Part shown: positions 39,801 through 51,200 of the stretch, in pieces
How positions within the stretch are numbered: position 1 is the first letter of the stretch
How the letters are laid out: every line of letters begins with the position of its first letter
Origin: Podarcis gaigeae
Taxonomy: Eukaryota
Assembly: GCA_964106915.2 (NCBI GenBank)
Contig: OZ066919.1
Reading direction: 5' to 3' (one strand)
DNA length: 64,000 nucleotides
Translations under genes and position numbers: made by a program
Notes under the pieces: generated by a model
Databases searched by the model: none
Told to the model about the DNA's origin: nothing
What the model saw: only the letters and a program-made list of their open reading frames with translations

Positions 39801-40453
39801 AAGATTTAATTCAACAGAGCTTATAGTCAATAAACATTTGCTTTTGGAGTCGTACCGAGTAGCTGCTTATCATCAGAGGAGTAAATGAATATGTCACCAT
39901 TTTGGCTATGTTGCATAAACACTGAGAGAGATTTATATCAACCAGGTTCTCTGGCAGCAATAAAAGAACTTACTCTTTGAAACTGCCTGGATTTAATGCA
40001 AAGTATAGTCTGCTATCCAGTAGGACACATATTTCAGAGAGCTGGTCTTTAGATCTTTGGGTTATTTCTTATAATGCCTTTTAAATAAATAGGTGGATGT
40101 TCCTCATCTATGCTGACATCAGAAGACACATGAAAAAGTAGACCATAAATCACTATATACATCTATCTTTGCAAGCGTGGAGTGACATCTGCTTCTATGC
40201 ACTCACTTCCATACTGCTCCAGGAATGCTGGCATTGGAAGTAATGCCTCCCCAAGTCAAGTAATACTGGAGTAGCCTTGAAACTAGAGCTGTGTAATAAT
40301 GGCCTTCTCTGCCTTATTTGTGGGCAGAAAAAATGAGAAGGCCACTTAAGCTGTTCTGCTCAGGACCTGCTTGGGGGCTTCCCATAGACATTCAGATTTC
40401 CTGACTAGATGGGCCTTTGACTTGATCCAACAGGCTCTTCTATTTTTTATATA

Positions 40454-40694
40454 CAGTGGTACCTTGGTTTACAAACTTTACCCGTTCTGGAAGTCCGTTC
40501 TTAAACTGAAACCATTCTTAAACCGAGGCGCGCTTTCCCTAATGAGGCCTTCTGATGCCAGTGCCCTTCCACCATTTGGATTCCATTCTTAGACCAAGGT
40601 AAAGTTCGCAAACCGGGACACTGCTTCCAGTTTTGCGGAGTTCGTGAACTGAATTGTTCGTAAACAGGACTATTCTTAAACCGAGAAACCACTG
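40454..40694. mobile_element. Tc1/mariner (Tigger/pogo-like) MITE, complete
   Basis: TIRs CAGTGGTACCTTGGTTTA / TAAACCGAGAAACCACTG with TA TSD at 40452-40453 and 40695-40696. Confidence 0.9.
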
Positions 40695-40921
40695 TATTGT
40701 TTCATAGCTTTATTTATTGACATTGTGGTTACTTGTACCTGTTCTTAGTTGAGGTGTTTTTTTTAAAAAAAAACACAACCCCAACATGTTTATATATATT
40801 GTTGTTTGCTTGATCTGTTGTAAGCCACTTTGAGCAGAATTTTGTGGAAAAGTAGTATAGCAATAAACAAATGGTGATGTGTAATTCCATGCTTCCATTC
40901 CCAGACAATTCAGGATGAAAG

Positions 40922-40938
40922 TCTATCATCTATCTATC

Positions 40939-40980
<42 letters not shown>
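40922..40980. repeat. (TCTA)n microsatellite
   Basis: Direct reading. Confidence 0.95.
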
Positions 40981-42140
40981 TTACAAAGTGGCCTAGGATT
41001 AGGAAATTACAGTGGCAGGCCACATGTTCTGCATGCCAGCATTTCCAACCTCAATCCTTAGTATCTGTTGCCAGTTAAATAGGATCTTGACTAGGGTGTT
41101 CTGCAGTAAACTCTGCCTGAGACTCCATTCAGAGTAGAGAATAGTGGGTCTGGTATAGGGTATGGCAATTTCTTATGCCCATATTTCTAACTAATGTTTG
41201 AACTAAGGAGGATGGGAGAAGCCGCACAAGAATTATGTATGTTTGTTCTTTCTTGGAGCACAACCCAAGGCAAAGGGCATCTGAGAGATGCATCAGAGTC
41301 TTTGAAGCAGTGCTCACCATTCAGAGACATTCCCAGATAGAATAATATAGCTCCAGTTCTATTTTGAGGCAGGCAAGCAAGCAGGCAGTCATTCATTTGT
41401 ATGGGCCTTTCTCCCCCTGCTCTCTCTTTCACAAGGCTCTTAATGAGACAGGCAAACAGCTGCTCCAAGTCTCTGTGAGTGTGAAGAGACAGGAAGCTAC
41501 ATCATAAACACCACTGCAATTTCTGTGTTGTGTTTTGTTAATGGCACTTTTCATCTTGTTTCCCCCTCCAATCTCATCCTATTTTCTGTCATTCGCTTTC
41601 CCTTTGATCATGGTGTTTCATACATTGCTGCTTTCCATTGGAGGGCTAGAAGGCAACATTTCCCCTCTTCATCCTGTATAACTCGAAGCATAGTAGCCTT
41701 TGTCTGCAGTACTGGGTCACATGCCCCCCTCTTGTGAAGTGTGTACCATTAAAGCTGCATTTCTGACCCAGCAGCTCGATGCCATGGAGCAGCTATGTTC
41801 ATTCTGGAGTGAATGAAGCTCACTTGCAGTGATAGGGTGGGCACATTTGTCACTATTCATGAAGGCTTTGTAAGGAAAGAACTGAAGCAATCTGCAGTTC
41901 TCTCTGTCTCTCTGGCATCCTATAGCAGGGATGAGGCCAAAAAGTGTTTGTCGTGGAAGTATAAACATGTGTCCTGCATTGGACTGCAAAATTGATCCAG
42001 TCCTCAAGCTCTGAACCTGGCTAAGAAACAGTTGCTAGCGGAAGCAGAGTTGGCTCACTTATATTTGCTGCCTGAGGTGAAAGACAAGATGGCGTCCACA
42101 TTCCACTTACAGAACCTGACTGGATTGCAGTATAATCTTA

Positions 42141-42216
42141 GGTCACAACCACACCATACATTTTAAACACTATTAGACCACTTTAAGTGCTTTAAATGCA
42201 TGGCCTGGATGCGACC
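42141..42216. mobile_element. 76-bp PIF/Harbinger-like MITE
   Basis: 23-bp imperfect TIR (18/23) with TTA on both sides. Sits inside an older GCTGCCTGAGG-type repeat (about 42040-42402). Confidence 0.65.
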
Positions 42217-43089
42217 TTAGTTCAGCACCAGTGATAGGACAGTATATTTCATTGCACCTGAAGGAAAGCTAGCTACAAAGGTGCAAGGCAGGCCATTTCA
42301 CACACACATCTTTGTCTTCTAGCACCTTGCTATTGCTTTCTGCCCTCAGTACCTGTTGCCTGAGGCAGCTGCCTCATTTTGCCTTATAGTAGGGCTGGTC
42401 CTGTCACTAAGAGGCAGTTCCATATTGTTGCCCGTGGAAATGGTATGCATATGGAAGTGTATGATTTGCACAGAAGACATTCTGATGCACCCCACATGGA
42501 TCAGATCAGTTCCACTCATACGTTTGCATAATTGCATCTTTGTGGTAACCCCTCCGCCCATAGCTGTCAACGTTTTCCCTTTTTTAAGGGAAATTCCCTT
42601 ATTCCGAATAGGATTCCTTGCAAGAAAAGGGAAAAGTTGACAGCTATGCCTCTGCCCATGCCAGTTAAACTCAAAATATTCTTCAAACATAGCATTCCAG
42701 AGAAAGTTTGTTGTACAGGCTGGCCAACAACAGTCATTTATCTAGCAACTACTTTGCTACATCTTGTATCAGCCTTGGTTGTTTCTTTCTCCTCTTCCAG
42801 TCTAAATTACTTAAGAATCATCCAGAGAAAAGCCTCATCATAGGAGCTATAATTAGCACCCTTTGTGTTTTCTCTGTTCTTGATGTGATAGATCCTGTCC
42901 CTGCAAAGAGAGTGGAGATTGTGCATATTTGGGGGATGGCAACGGTGAACTCTAATTGTATATTATTAAAATAATATGATTTCCCCCTTTTATATAAGCT
43001 GCAGGCAATGCACTGTGTTTCCTTGAAATTTGGCACAGCTGGCCTTGATGGGAGCTGCAAAGGGTCTCCTGCAGGTGCTGCCACATAAT

Positions 43090-43170
43090 CTTTTGACACA
43101 TAGTGTCAGTAATTAAGTGTATAATTAAGAGAATGTCTGCAATTAATTCAATCAGTCTGTCAATCAAACC
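43090..43170. promoter_or_regulatory. TALE/homeodomain motif cluster (candidate enhancer core)
   Basis: TGACAC-ATA-GTGTCA palindrome (43094-43108), TAATTA x2 (43110, 43122), AATTAATT (43141), exact Pbx-Meis/Prep decamer TGATTGACAG on minus (43157-43166). Confidence 0.55.
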
Positions 43171-43817
43171 CACATTTCTAAGGGGCCTTTCATCCTAGCT
43201 TGCTTGGGAGCACTGCATAAAGCGAAATGCCAAGCATAATGTAACATTTTATTTAAGTTTTTAAATCAAAGGAGCTCTAATCAGTTCATCGTGGGCAAAT
43301 GAGTGTGATCTGAGCATTTGCAGGAGTAACACAGAACAGATCTGAGAAGAGTTTTAGGAATTATAATTTAGAAGAAGGCGAACTGTATCACTGACATTAA
43401 AGCCTGATGTTGTTCCCTTGAGACTGTCTGGGGTTGACCTCTCTATACAGTTGTCCACTTTCTTCCATTAATTATTCTATGACACACATCACTTGCCATA
43501 AGTACTGCATATCATTTGTATATCTGTTTCTAGTGAAAGGACTCAAAACTGCTCAGAAGATCAGCATCAACAAAGTGTCATTTGAAAGTACATGGCATTT
43601 GGGAATACAGATGTGGATTAATTTAATGATAATTACTCATGGACCTTGAAATTCTATTCTTCACGTCTTCCCAGCTTACCTTACCATTGGTGTTGAAATA
43701 GAATGCCTTCTCCCCTTCATGAGTAGCAAATTTGAGGGACAAAAGAGCTTTTGCATATGATTTAAATAAATTGGAAGTCTCACATTGGAGAAAATTGTCT
43801 GTCAGATACAGAATGAA

Positions 43818-44405
43818 GGGAGTTGCCATATAACAAGTCAGACTATTGCTCCATCTAACACAATGCTGTTTACAGTGACTGGATGCAGCACCCCAGAGTT
43901 TCAGGCAGGAGTCTCTTCCAGCTCTTCCTGGAGATGCCAGGGATTGAACTTTCAAACTTTAGCATGCAAGGCAGATGCTTTACAACAGAACTGGTAAAGG
44001 GGAGAGGGTGGGTCTGTGGTCTAAACCACTGAGCCTCTTGGGCTGGCTGATCAGAAGGTTGGCAGTTCAAATTCGCGCGATGGGGTGAGATCTTCTTGCT
44101 CTGTCCCAGCTCTTGCCAACCTAGCAGTTTGAAAGCATACCAATGCAAGTAGATAAATAGGTACTGCTGTGGTAGGAAGGTAAATTGTGTTTCCGTGTGC
44201 TCTGGCACCCATCATGGTGTTCTGTTGCACCAGAAGCAGTTTAGTCATGCTGGCCACATGACTCAAAATGCTGTTTGTGGACAAATGCAGGCTTCCTCGG
44301 CCTGAAGTGAAATGAGCACCGCACCCCATAATCGCATTTGACTGGACTTAGCCATTCAGTGGTCCTTTACCTTTACCTTTTTTACCACTGAGCTACAACC
44401 CCTCC
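43818..44405 (-). mobile_element. Older tRNA(Ala)-like-headed SINE, split by a Sauria SINE
   Basis: Minus-strand head GGGGTTGTAGCTCAGTGGTAAA continues, after the insert, as GCATCTGCCTTGCATGC..GTTCAATCCCTGGCATCTCCAGG. Confidence 0.75.
44000..44386 (+). mobile_element. Sauria SINE, full length
   Basis: 5' GGTGGGTCTGTGGTCTAAACCACTGAGCCTCTTGGG, GCCAACCTAGCAGTTTGAAAGCA, AGATAAATAGGTAC, TTTAGTCATGCTGGCCACATGAC and an (ACCTTT)n tail. Confidence 0.93.
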
Positions 44406-44431
44406 TATCGAAACTTAGTTGTGTAAAGTTC

Positions 44432-44560
44432 AGCTATGGCTTTGTAGGTCATAATTAGCACTTTGAATTGGGCCCAGATAGAAATAGGGAGCCAATGCAG
44501 TTGTTTCAGCAATGGGGTGATATGCTTCTGATACCTTTTCTGGGCCATCAGAAAACCATT
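44432..44560 (-). mobile_element. L2 ORF2 fragment
   Basis: Translates to HITPLLKQLHWLPISIWAQFKVLIMTYKAI, the classic L2 HITPxLxxLHWLP motif. Confidence 0.85.
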
Positions 44561-46389
44561 GGATCCATTAATCTCTTGGGGCAGAACATTCAAATTCTGG
44601 AGGTTGAAGAATCTGGGAAGTCTAAGCCACAGGTGAGCAGCCTGTGGCCCTGATCTCATTTCATTTGGTCCCTGATGCCTCCTAAAGTTGCCCCCATTCT
44701 TCAGTTCTTGCCTAGGATTAGGCATTCTAATCTGAGGTCACCATGGCAACTGTGGGTTTCATTTTCAAAGTAGTCATGGGATGAATATTTTATTAGTATA
44801 TTGAGGACAGATTTTCTTTCTTTCTTTAACTGATTTGGCATTCAGTAGCATAATGTTCAAACCCTGGGAGTTGTCACTAGTGCAATCAAGGGCCCATTGG
44901 TTGAGAGATGATCAAGAAGGCAAGGTGACCCAGACATGGTTAGAAATGACCTGACCATTGTCCACCACATCTCCCACTGCACACTGCTCTTTCAATCTAC
45001 TCTCTTTTGTGTGCTGCATTGTAATATTATATGTCAGCAATGTGTCAAGTCACTTATAATGAATGCTTGCCATACTGTTAGAAGTTTGTTGACAGGCATT
45101 GGTGCTGTGATGGCGAAGCAGCACCAATTAGAGTTTCTCTGCTCATTTCAATGAAGAGAATATCAGCATAGGCTAAAGCAGAGGTAGTCAACATGATGCC
45201 TTCCAGATATGGACTACAACTCCCATCAGCCCCAATCATCATTGGTTAGGAATGATGGAGCTATAGTCCACAACACCTAGAGACTACCCCTGCACAAAAT
45301 GAAGTATGACTAGATCAGTTCCATTCCTTGACATTAACTTGGCTTGCACAAGTGGTCTACACATGCACATACACAGGATCTAATGGCTGAAGAACAATGC
45401 TGCATTGTAATCTTTATCATAATCATCCTTATCAGCAATTATAACTGTGGAAGGAAGAGTAGTAGTTAGTAAGAGCTCAACTATAATGATTCTCAAAAGC
45501 ACTTAAAATAGATGAAAGGGCAACATGAATAAAGTCACAATTTCTTGTGTAATCCCTAATCCTGACACTGTGTGACCTTCTGTGAAAGGATTCTGTCTTT
45601 TCAAAAGTCTGTCATGCTTCTGTTTGTATGGGTAATGCTCACTCTGTGAAGTTAGATCTAAGAATGCTAGCAGTTGTCAAGCTTTCAAAAAAGGACACGT
45701 GAGCTCAGCCAGTTACTAGTATCAAGTCCCCCTTAGGCTGTAGTGACAAATTTTGTTTAGCACTGGAGACTTCTGAATAGCACTAAACAACAGCAGTTAG
45801 GACTGGTATCAGATTTCAGTTTCTGTAATTCTAATGTTTGCTATTGCCTTAATGAAAACAAATGAAGTATCACTGGTTAAGCTGCAATTGCCAGTGTGTG
45901 CATTCCTTACCAAAGGAGGGACCTCACCACCATCTTGTCTCATTCCCTCTCTGTTCTGGATGGAAATACCAATATGCATAAATAGCTCAAAGGCAAACGA
46001 CTGAATTCAAATGTCTGAAATTCCTCATCTTCCTTCTGAATCACAGTGAAACATACATGTTTTGCTCTCAATTTCATTGGGTCTAACCCTCCCTAGGCTG
46101 CCCATGTCACCTTCCTGAAAGTAGCTTATTAGTGTGAATTATTCTGCAGAAACATATATGATCTCCCAGGAATAGTTTCAATCTGCATATTTTCTTAGGG
46201 GCCAAATTTGATAAGACCCTTCAGTCTTAATCTGAATCTGACCCCTTGCATCTGCTATTTGCCTTGGAAGAATGGACATGAGCAGATCTTCCAATGCAAA
46301 TAGCAGGCACAGGGGCTGGATCTGGATTCCATCTCCCACCTGCCCAGTGTCTTCTACTGACATTTTAAAGGCTTTTCATGTAATTGTTA

Positions 46390-46448
46390 CTTGTGTGGAT
46401 GGTGTCTCATCTAGTCTGGCTCTAAATCAGGGGCAATGACAATAAAGA

Positions 46449-46488
<40 letters not shown>
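46390..46488 (+). mobile_element. LINE 3' tail (Rex1/Babar-like) with (TTA)n microsatellite
   Basis: CAATGACAATAAAG followed by (TTA)n at 46450-46488. Left boundary uncertain. Confidence 0.5.
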
Positions 46489-46490
<2 letters not shown>

Positions 46491-46665
46491 ACCTGAAGCA
46501 CCACTTTAGCTAATGGGGCCTCCTGCTGCTGCCGCGCTGTCGGACCACGATTTCTGTTCTCATCCTGAAGCAAAGTTCTTAACCTGAAGCACTATTTCTG
46601 GGTTAGCAGAGTCTGTAACCTGAAGTGTATGTAACCTGAAGCGTATGTAACCTGAGGTACCACTG
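46489..46665. mobile_element. Truncated Tigger/pogo-like MITE (one TIR)
   Basis: Ends AACCTGAGGTACCACTG, has subterminal TAACCTGAAG repeats, and its middle resembles 40454-40694. Confidence 0.8.
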
Positions 46666-46834
46666 CAAACAGAACAGCAAAGGGACTACTGCGTTTGTGA
46701 TCTACTTAGGCCTGTGGGATGCCATGGTAGTAGCTGGGTGTAAGGAATAGGACTGTTTGGGCAAAGGTGAGCAGTAATGCAGCTCAGTCCCAGCCATACA
46801 GAGTAAAAATACGGAAGTCAGGATCCCGTCGCTA

Positions 46835-47222
46835 AGAATGGAAGGACCTGTCAGCTTCGACTCATACTGTTCCTTGTTTTTCCAAGCTTAAAAACCAATT
46901 CTTCATATTTCTGCAGCAATTTGTGTGTGTTTAAAAAGAACATGTTCACATGATAATTCCTCAGTATTGCAGTGTGCATTTCTCCTAATAAACACAACTG
47001 TACATAATACTATGCACTTTTGTATGCTATTTTCAGTAGTACTGTATATTCGTTTTTAGGCACACTTTCCCCTAATGTATTTGTTTTGGAGAACTGTATA
47101 GCAAACTAAGATAGTTGCAAATTTTGAAGGATGGCTGTGTTTCAGTTCTCATATTGTTTCAGAAAGTGCAACTTTGATACATTCACCCTTGAATGTGAAC
47201 AGAATTGAGTGTCCCTCCCACC
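46835..47222. mobile_element. Old AT-rich non-autonomous repeat, paralog of 10902-11330
   Basis: Colinear patches (CTGTCA.CTT, TTGGAGAACTG/TTGGAAAGCTG, AATTTTGAAGGATGGC). Confidence 0.5.
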
Positions 47223-48065
47223 CCCTCCTGCTGGTGGACACGCATCTGCAGCAATAGCAGGCCTTTGTTTTTTTTACCATGTTTTACAATGTTAGTGGCT
47301 AAGAGTGCATCTTTTCTGATGATAATAACCTGGTTTGAGGAATTTCCTTTTAATCGTGGTTAATATTTATATTCCTCCCAACTCTTTTTGATACAGCTTG
47401 GGCACTTTCTGGAAAGAACGGAGCTCTGACATTAGGATTACTAGAGAGTAATTATATACAAATTATTATGCTATCCATAGTCATGTACGTGCTTATCTCT
47501 GGTTCTCAGATCTTGCTTCACTAAAAGGTGGATCAAAAGTCAAAGTGTTGCTTTGATTAAACCCATAATTAATCCTCGCTAGAAATCAGTTCCAAGGGCA
47601 ACCTTGTAAAACCCTAAGTAGCCTGTTTGTGATGCCTTATAGCAAAAAAAAAAAAAAAAAAAAGGGTCATGGAGATAACGCATGTGTGAAATGCTACCTT
47701 TGTTAAAATGATGAAAATCCACAGGGCATAAAGGGTACTGCTGATTTTAGAAAGGACTAAAACAGAAAGTGAGTGATTTTTTTAAAAAGTATTATATATA
47801 TATATGTGAGATTTTTAAAAACCGGAAAACATGTAGGTATATTACTCTTCAACACAAATCAAAATATCAAATAATCATTTTGAACAGAGAAATATTTTCT
47901 CTTCAAGTTTTATTTTTTTACGCTTGTAATAATTCAAGGCAAATTCTCTCTGTGTGTGTTTGGATTCTAATGGCAAAAAATATACCTTCAATGGAGTTGC
48001 ATATGCATGAATATGAATATTCATATGAATATTCTTTGCCTGGCTGTGTGGCATGAAGTCCGCTC

Positions 48066-48280
48066 CTTGCAAGTCCCTTTCCACCTGGCCTAGGGAGCGG
48101 GACACACACAATAGTCCTACTGAAGAGGCTCCTCTTGAGGCTAGAGGAACACCCCTCTGCTGTGGGGCATGAAGGCCAGTTACTTGCAAGGCCCTTTACA
48201 CCTGGCCTAGGGGGCGAGGCCCAGACTCACCCAGCCCTACTGAATCGGCTCCTCATGAGGCAGGAGGAACATTGCCCAGC
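48066..48280. repeat. Diverged 117-bp GC-rich tandem duplication
   Basis: Units start at 48066 and 48183: CTTGCAAG.CCCTTT.CACCTGGCCTAGGG...CCTACTGAA..GGCTCCTC.TGAGGC..GAGGAACA. Confidence 0.85.
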
Positions 48281-51200
48281 TATTGCTTTATTGCTTTAAT
48301 ATGCTGTAAACCACTTTGAGATTTTTATTTTTATTAAAAATATAAAGCTGTATAGAAATTTAAAAATAAACAAATAAATGCTTAAAATTTCCTCACAGTG
48401 TAAGGCACAGTGAAGTGTGTTGTGGTGACTGACTTGAGTAGGGTGGCTTAATTGTTTGTGGATTGTAATCTATCACAAGGGTGATAGATTACATTATTCT
48501 CAGGATACTTCTCAAACATTATGCCATCCACTCTTGAGTGTCTAGAAGTAAAGTCTTCAAAGGTATAAAGCCCTTGAGCTTAGATGATACCAAATCATCA
48601 GTGGCAGGGGAGGTTGCTGAGGGATGTATGGGCTTCAAGAAGATCTCTTCTGATTGTCAGTGATTTTTACCTTTCCAGAATACAAATGGTAAATATGTGA
48701 AACACAGCGACAAATCAATTTTTTCTTATTTTCAAGTGAAATTTCAAGCATTTTAAAACCACCCATTGATTACAATTAGGGCCAGATGTTGTTTTATGGA
48801 CTCAAAGAGATCAATACATAAATATTGCTTCATGATGTGAGGTGACATTGCAGTTCATGTCAGATCATTCAGATGATACTGAGCTGTATATGCCCTAACC
48901 TGAAACACATTACTCAGAAGTTAACCCCACTGATTTCACTGTAGTAAGTTTAATATGGTGGTCTATGTCAAATACATTGTGGAAATTTTATCTCTATGAA
49001 CGCACACAAATAGGAACACACACATATACCTGCAACTCAGAATTGTGTCTCTGTAATCAGGACTCAGTATACCTGCTTTGCCACTGGAAGTTCAGGAACA
49101 GCTTCCCTCTGCAAACCATTTAATGTGTGTGGAACTGTACTCCATTGAAATTCATCGTAGAATCAAATACACCATAGACTATAGTTCCTTTTCCCCACCT
49201 AGATGGGTGAGAACCAGCTTGACTTTAGAGTAGGCAAATTTGGCTTTCAGGAATCTGATGTACATACTGAGCATCTGTGTCCAAGTCCTGTGTATCTCTA
49301 GCCTAATTCTATTTAGCAGTTGAGAACTTTGACTATTTAATTTTGAGCTTTCGTATCATTGGGCAGGCAGTGTCGGGGTCCTGCAGAGGTACTGCCTTTG
49401 AGGGATGTTCAGGATTGGTAATTCTGCTTAGTTCTCACAAATATATGTGAGGCTGGACTGCTGCAATGTGACAATGGGTTCAATAAAACAGTGCCAACAT
49501 CTTCACATTAAACTGAAAGTGGGCGTCTGCAATGACAGAATTCTTGCTGAGGTCTGGGTTTCTAAGGAATATCACAAAGCTGCAGCCTTTTGAGTTTTTT
49601 CAAAATTGCTCTAAAATTAAGACTAGGAAGGAAGTGTGGGGAAAGAATACAGGCCTATACATTTTTGGAACTGAGCACTAAATCTTTCAGGGCAAATAAT
49701 GGATGCTGACAGTGCAAAGGCATTATTTGGTGCTGTTTGAAATTTGCCTGTCCTTGTTTTCCCACTCTGTGTCTCAGGGAGTTGAAAGCTATGAAAAGGC
49801 AATTACATTTGCTGAATGATTAGTGGGAGATGTGACATTTGTGTATGTCGAAAATGTTTAACTGCATTAACCTTTGCAAAATTTACACTGACACCTTAAA
49901 AATTATACATCTTGTGCGCCACTTGAAAAATCTGAAATGCCCTCCAATGTAAAGCTTATTTACATTTGCTTTTTTACAAAATAAATGGCCCTCATATTTG
50001 AAGAGAGTTTTGCCAGAAAGTTGAGAGTGCTGAAGCAAGGAAAGTCAAGTGTATGAAGGTGCTTGGTTGCCTCCCAATTGGAAAAGTGAAGTTGAAAAGC
50101 AAACAAAACCCGCACAGAATGCAAATTGCAAGAAGAAGACAAGTTCAAATACAAAATGCATAAGGTATTTAAGTCTCAAGGAAGCAGCTTGCAAACTTTT
50201 ATAGACCTTTACTTTAAAAAATAATAATACACAGGATGTCAGTAGATTTTCAAAATGTTTTCCCCAAATATATTCAAAGTGCAAACAGGCAATTAAAATA
50301 CTCTATGCCACTCTTCTTTTCATTGCCACTTCCCCCAGCATGCTCAGTTTCTGCTGGGACTGCTCACCTAACCAGGTTTCTTTCTTCTCTAAAGAGTCTT
50401 CCTCACTGGCGTCAATGTGAATGCTCAGCTGATTCAACTCCATGCCTCTTGTGCTTCACTCCACTGAAATCTGATTTGTTATGAGACAGACTCCGGTGGA
50501 ATGAAGGACAACAGAATCCATGGAACTTTCTTTGTGTACCTTGGTGACTGGGGCAAACAAACATGTCATGAGAAAAACAGTCAGTAGCAGACACAGGTTG
50601 AGTGAAAATTAACACTGGAAACAACATTAAAGGCAGTATTTGTACAGCTCTCCCCCCTCAACCTGATACCCCCCAGATGTTTTAGATGGAAACTCCCATC
50701 AGCTTGGCCAATGATCATGGATGATGCACATTTCTGCCCAAGGCTTCTGAAGGGCAGCAAGTTGGGGAAGATTTGTATCAGGCCCCCTTATTGTTTACTT
50801 AATATACTTTATGCTTGGATACCCCCCCCCATTTCAAACTATTCCTCCAGTACATCATCTTTTTGTTTAGCACACAGGGACATTGAAGAGGATTTGTTTT
50901 TCTCTGTATCCTCATCCTCTTTAGATTTATCCTTTTGTCATGAACTCTATCAGCAGGCAAGAAATTCTGAAGCACTTAAAGGATTATCCGTATGCTATCT
51001 TTGCAGCAGAGATCATTACAATATCTCTGGGAAAGCTTGCGGTTATTATTCATTTGTTGGACTTGTCGTCTAGTTTTGAGGATCAGATGCTTCACATCTG
51101 TGCATTTGTCCTCACATTTATAATAATTCAGAAATACCGACTTTTGAAATGGATGAACATCTGTAGGCAAATAGTTAGATAACACTTAGTATAAACAAGC

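Noticed and set aside
42221-42241. REST/RE1 site TTCAGCACCA
   Set aside because: Only the left half matches, and it lies within an old repeat.
43930-44405. tRNA gene
   Set aside because: A degenerate, interrupted SINE head with no intact cloverleaf.
48117-48152. CTGAAGAG...GGAAC as a hammerhead ribozyme
   Set aside because: Lacks the GAAA core and convincing stems, and the second repeat unit loses CTGANGA.
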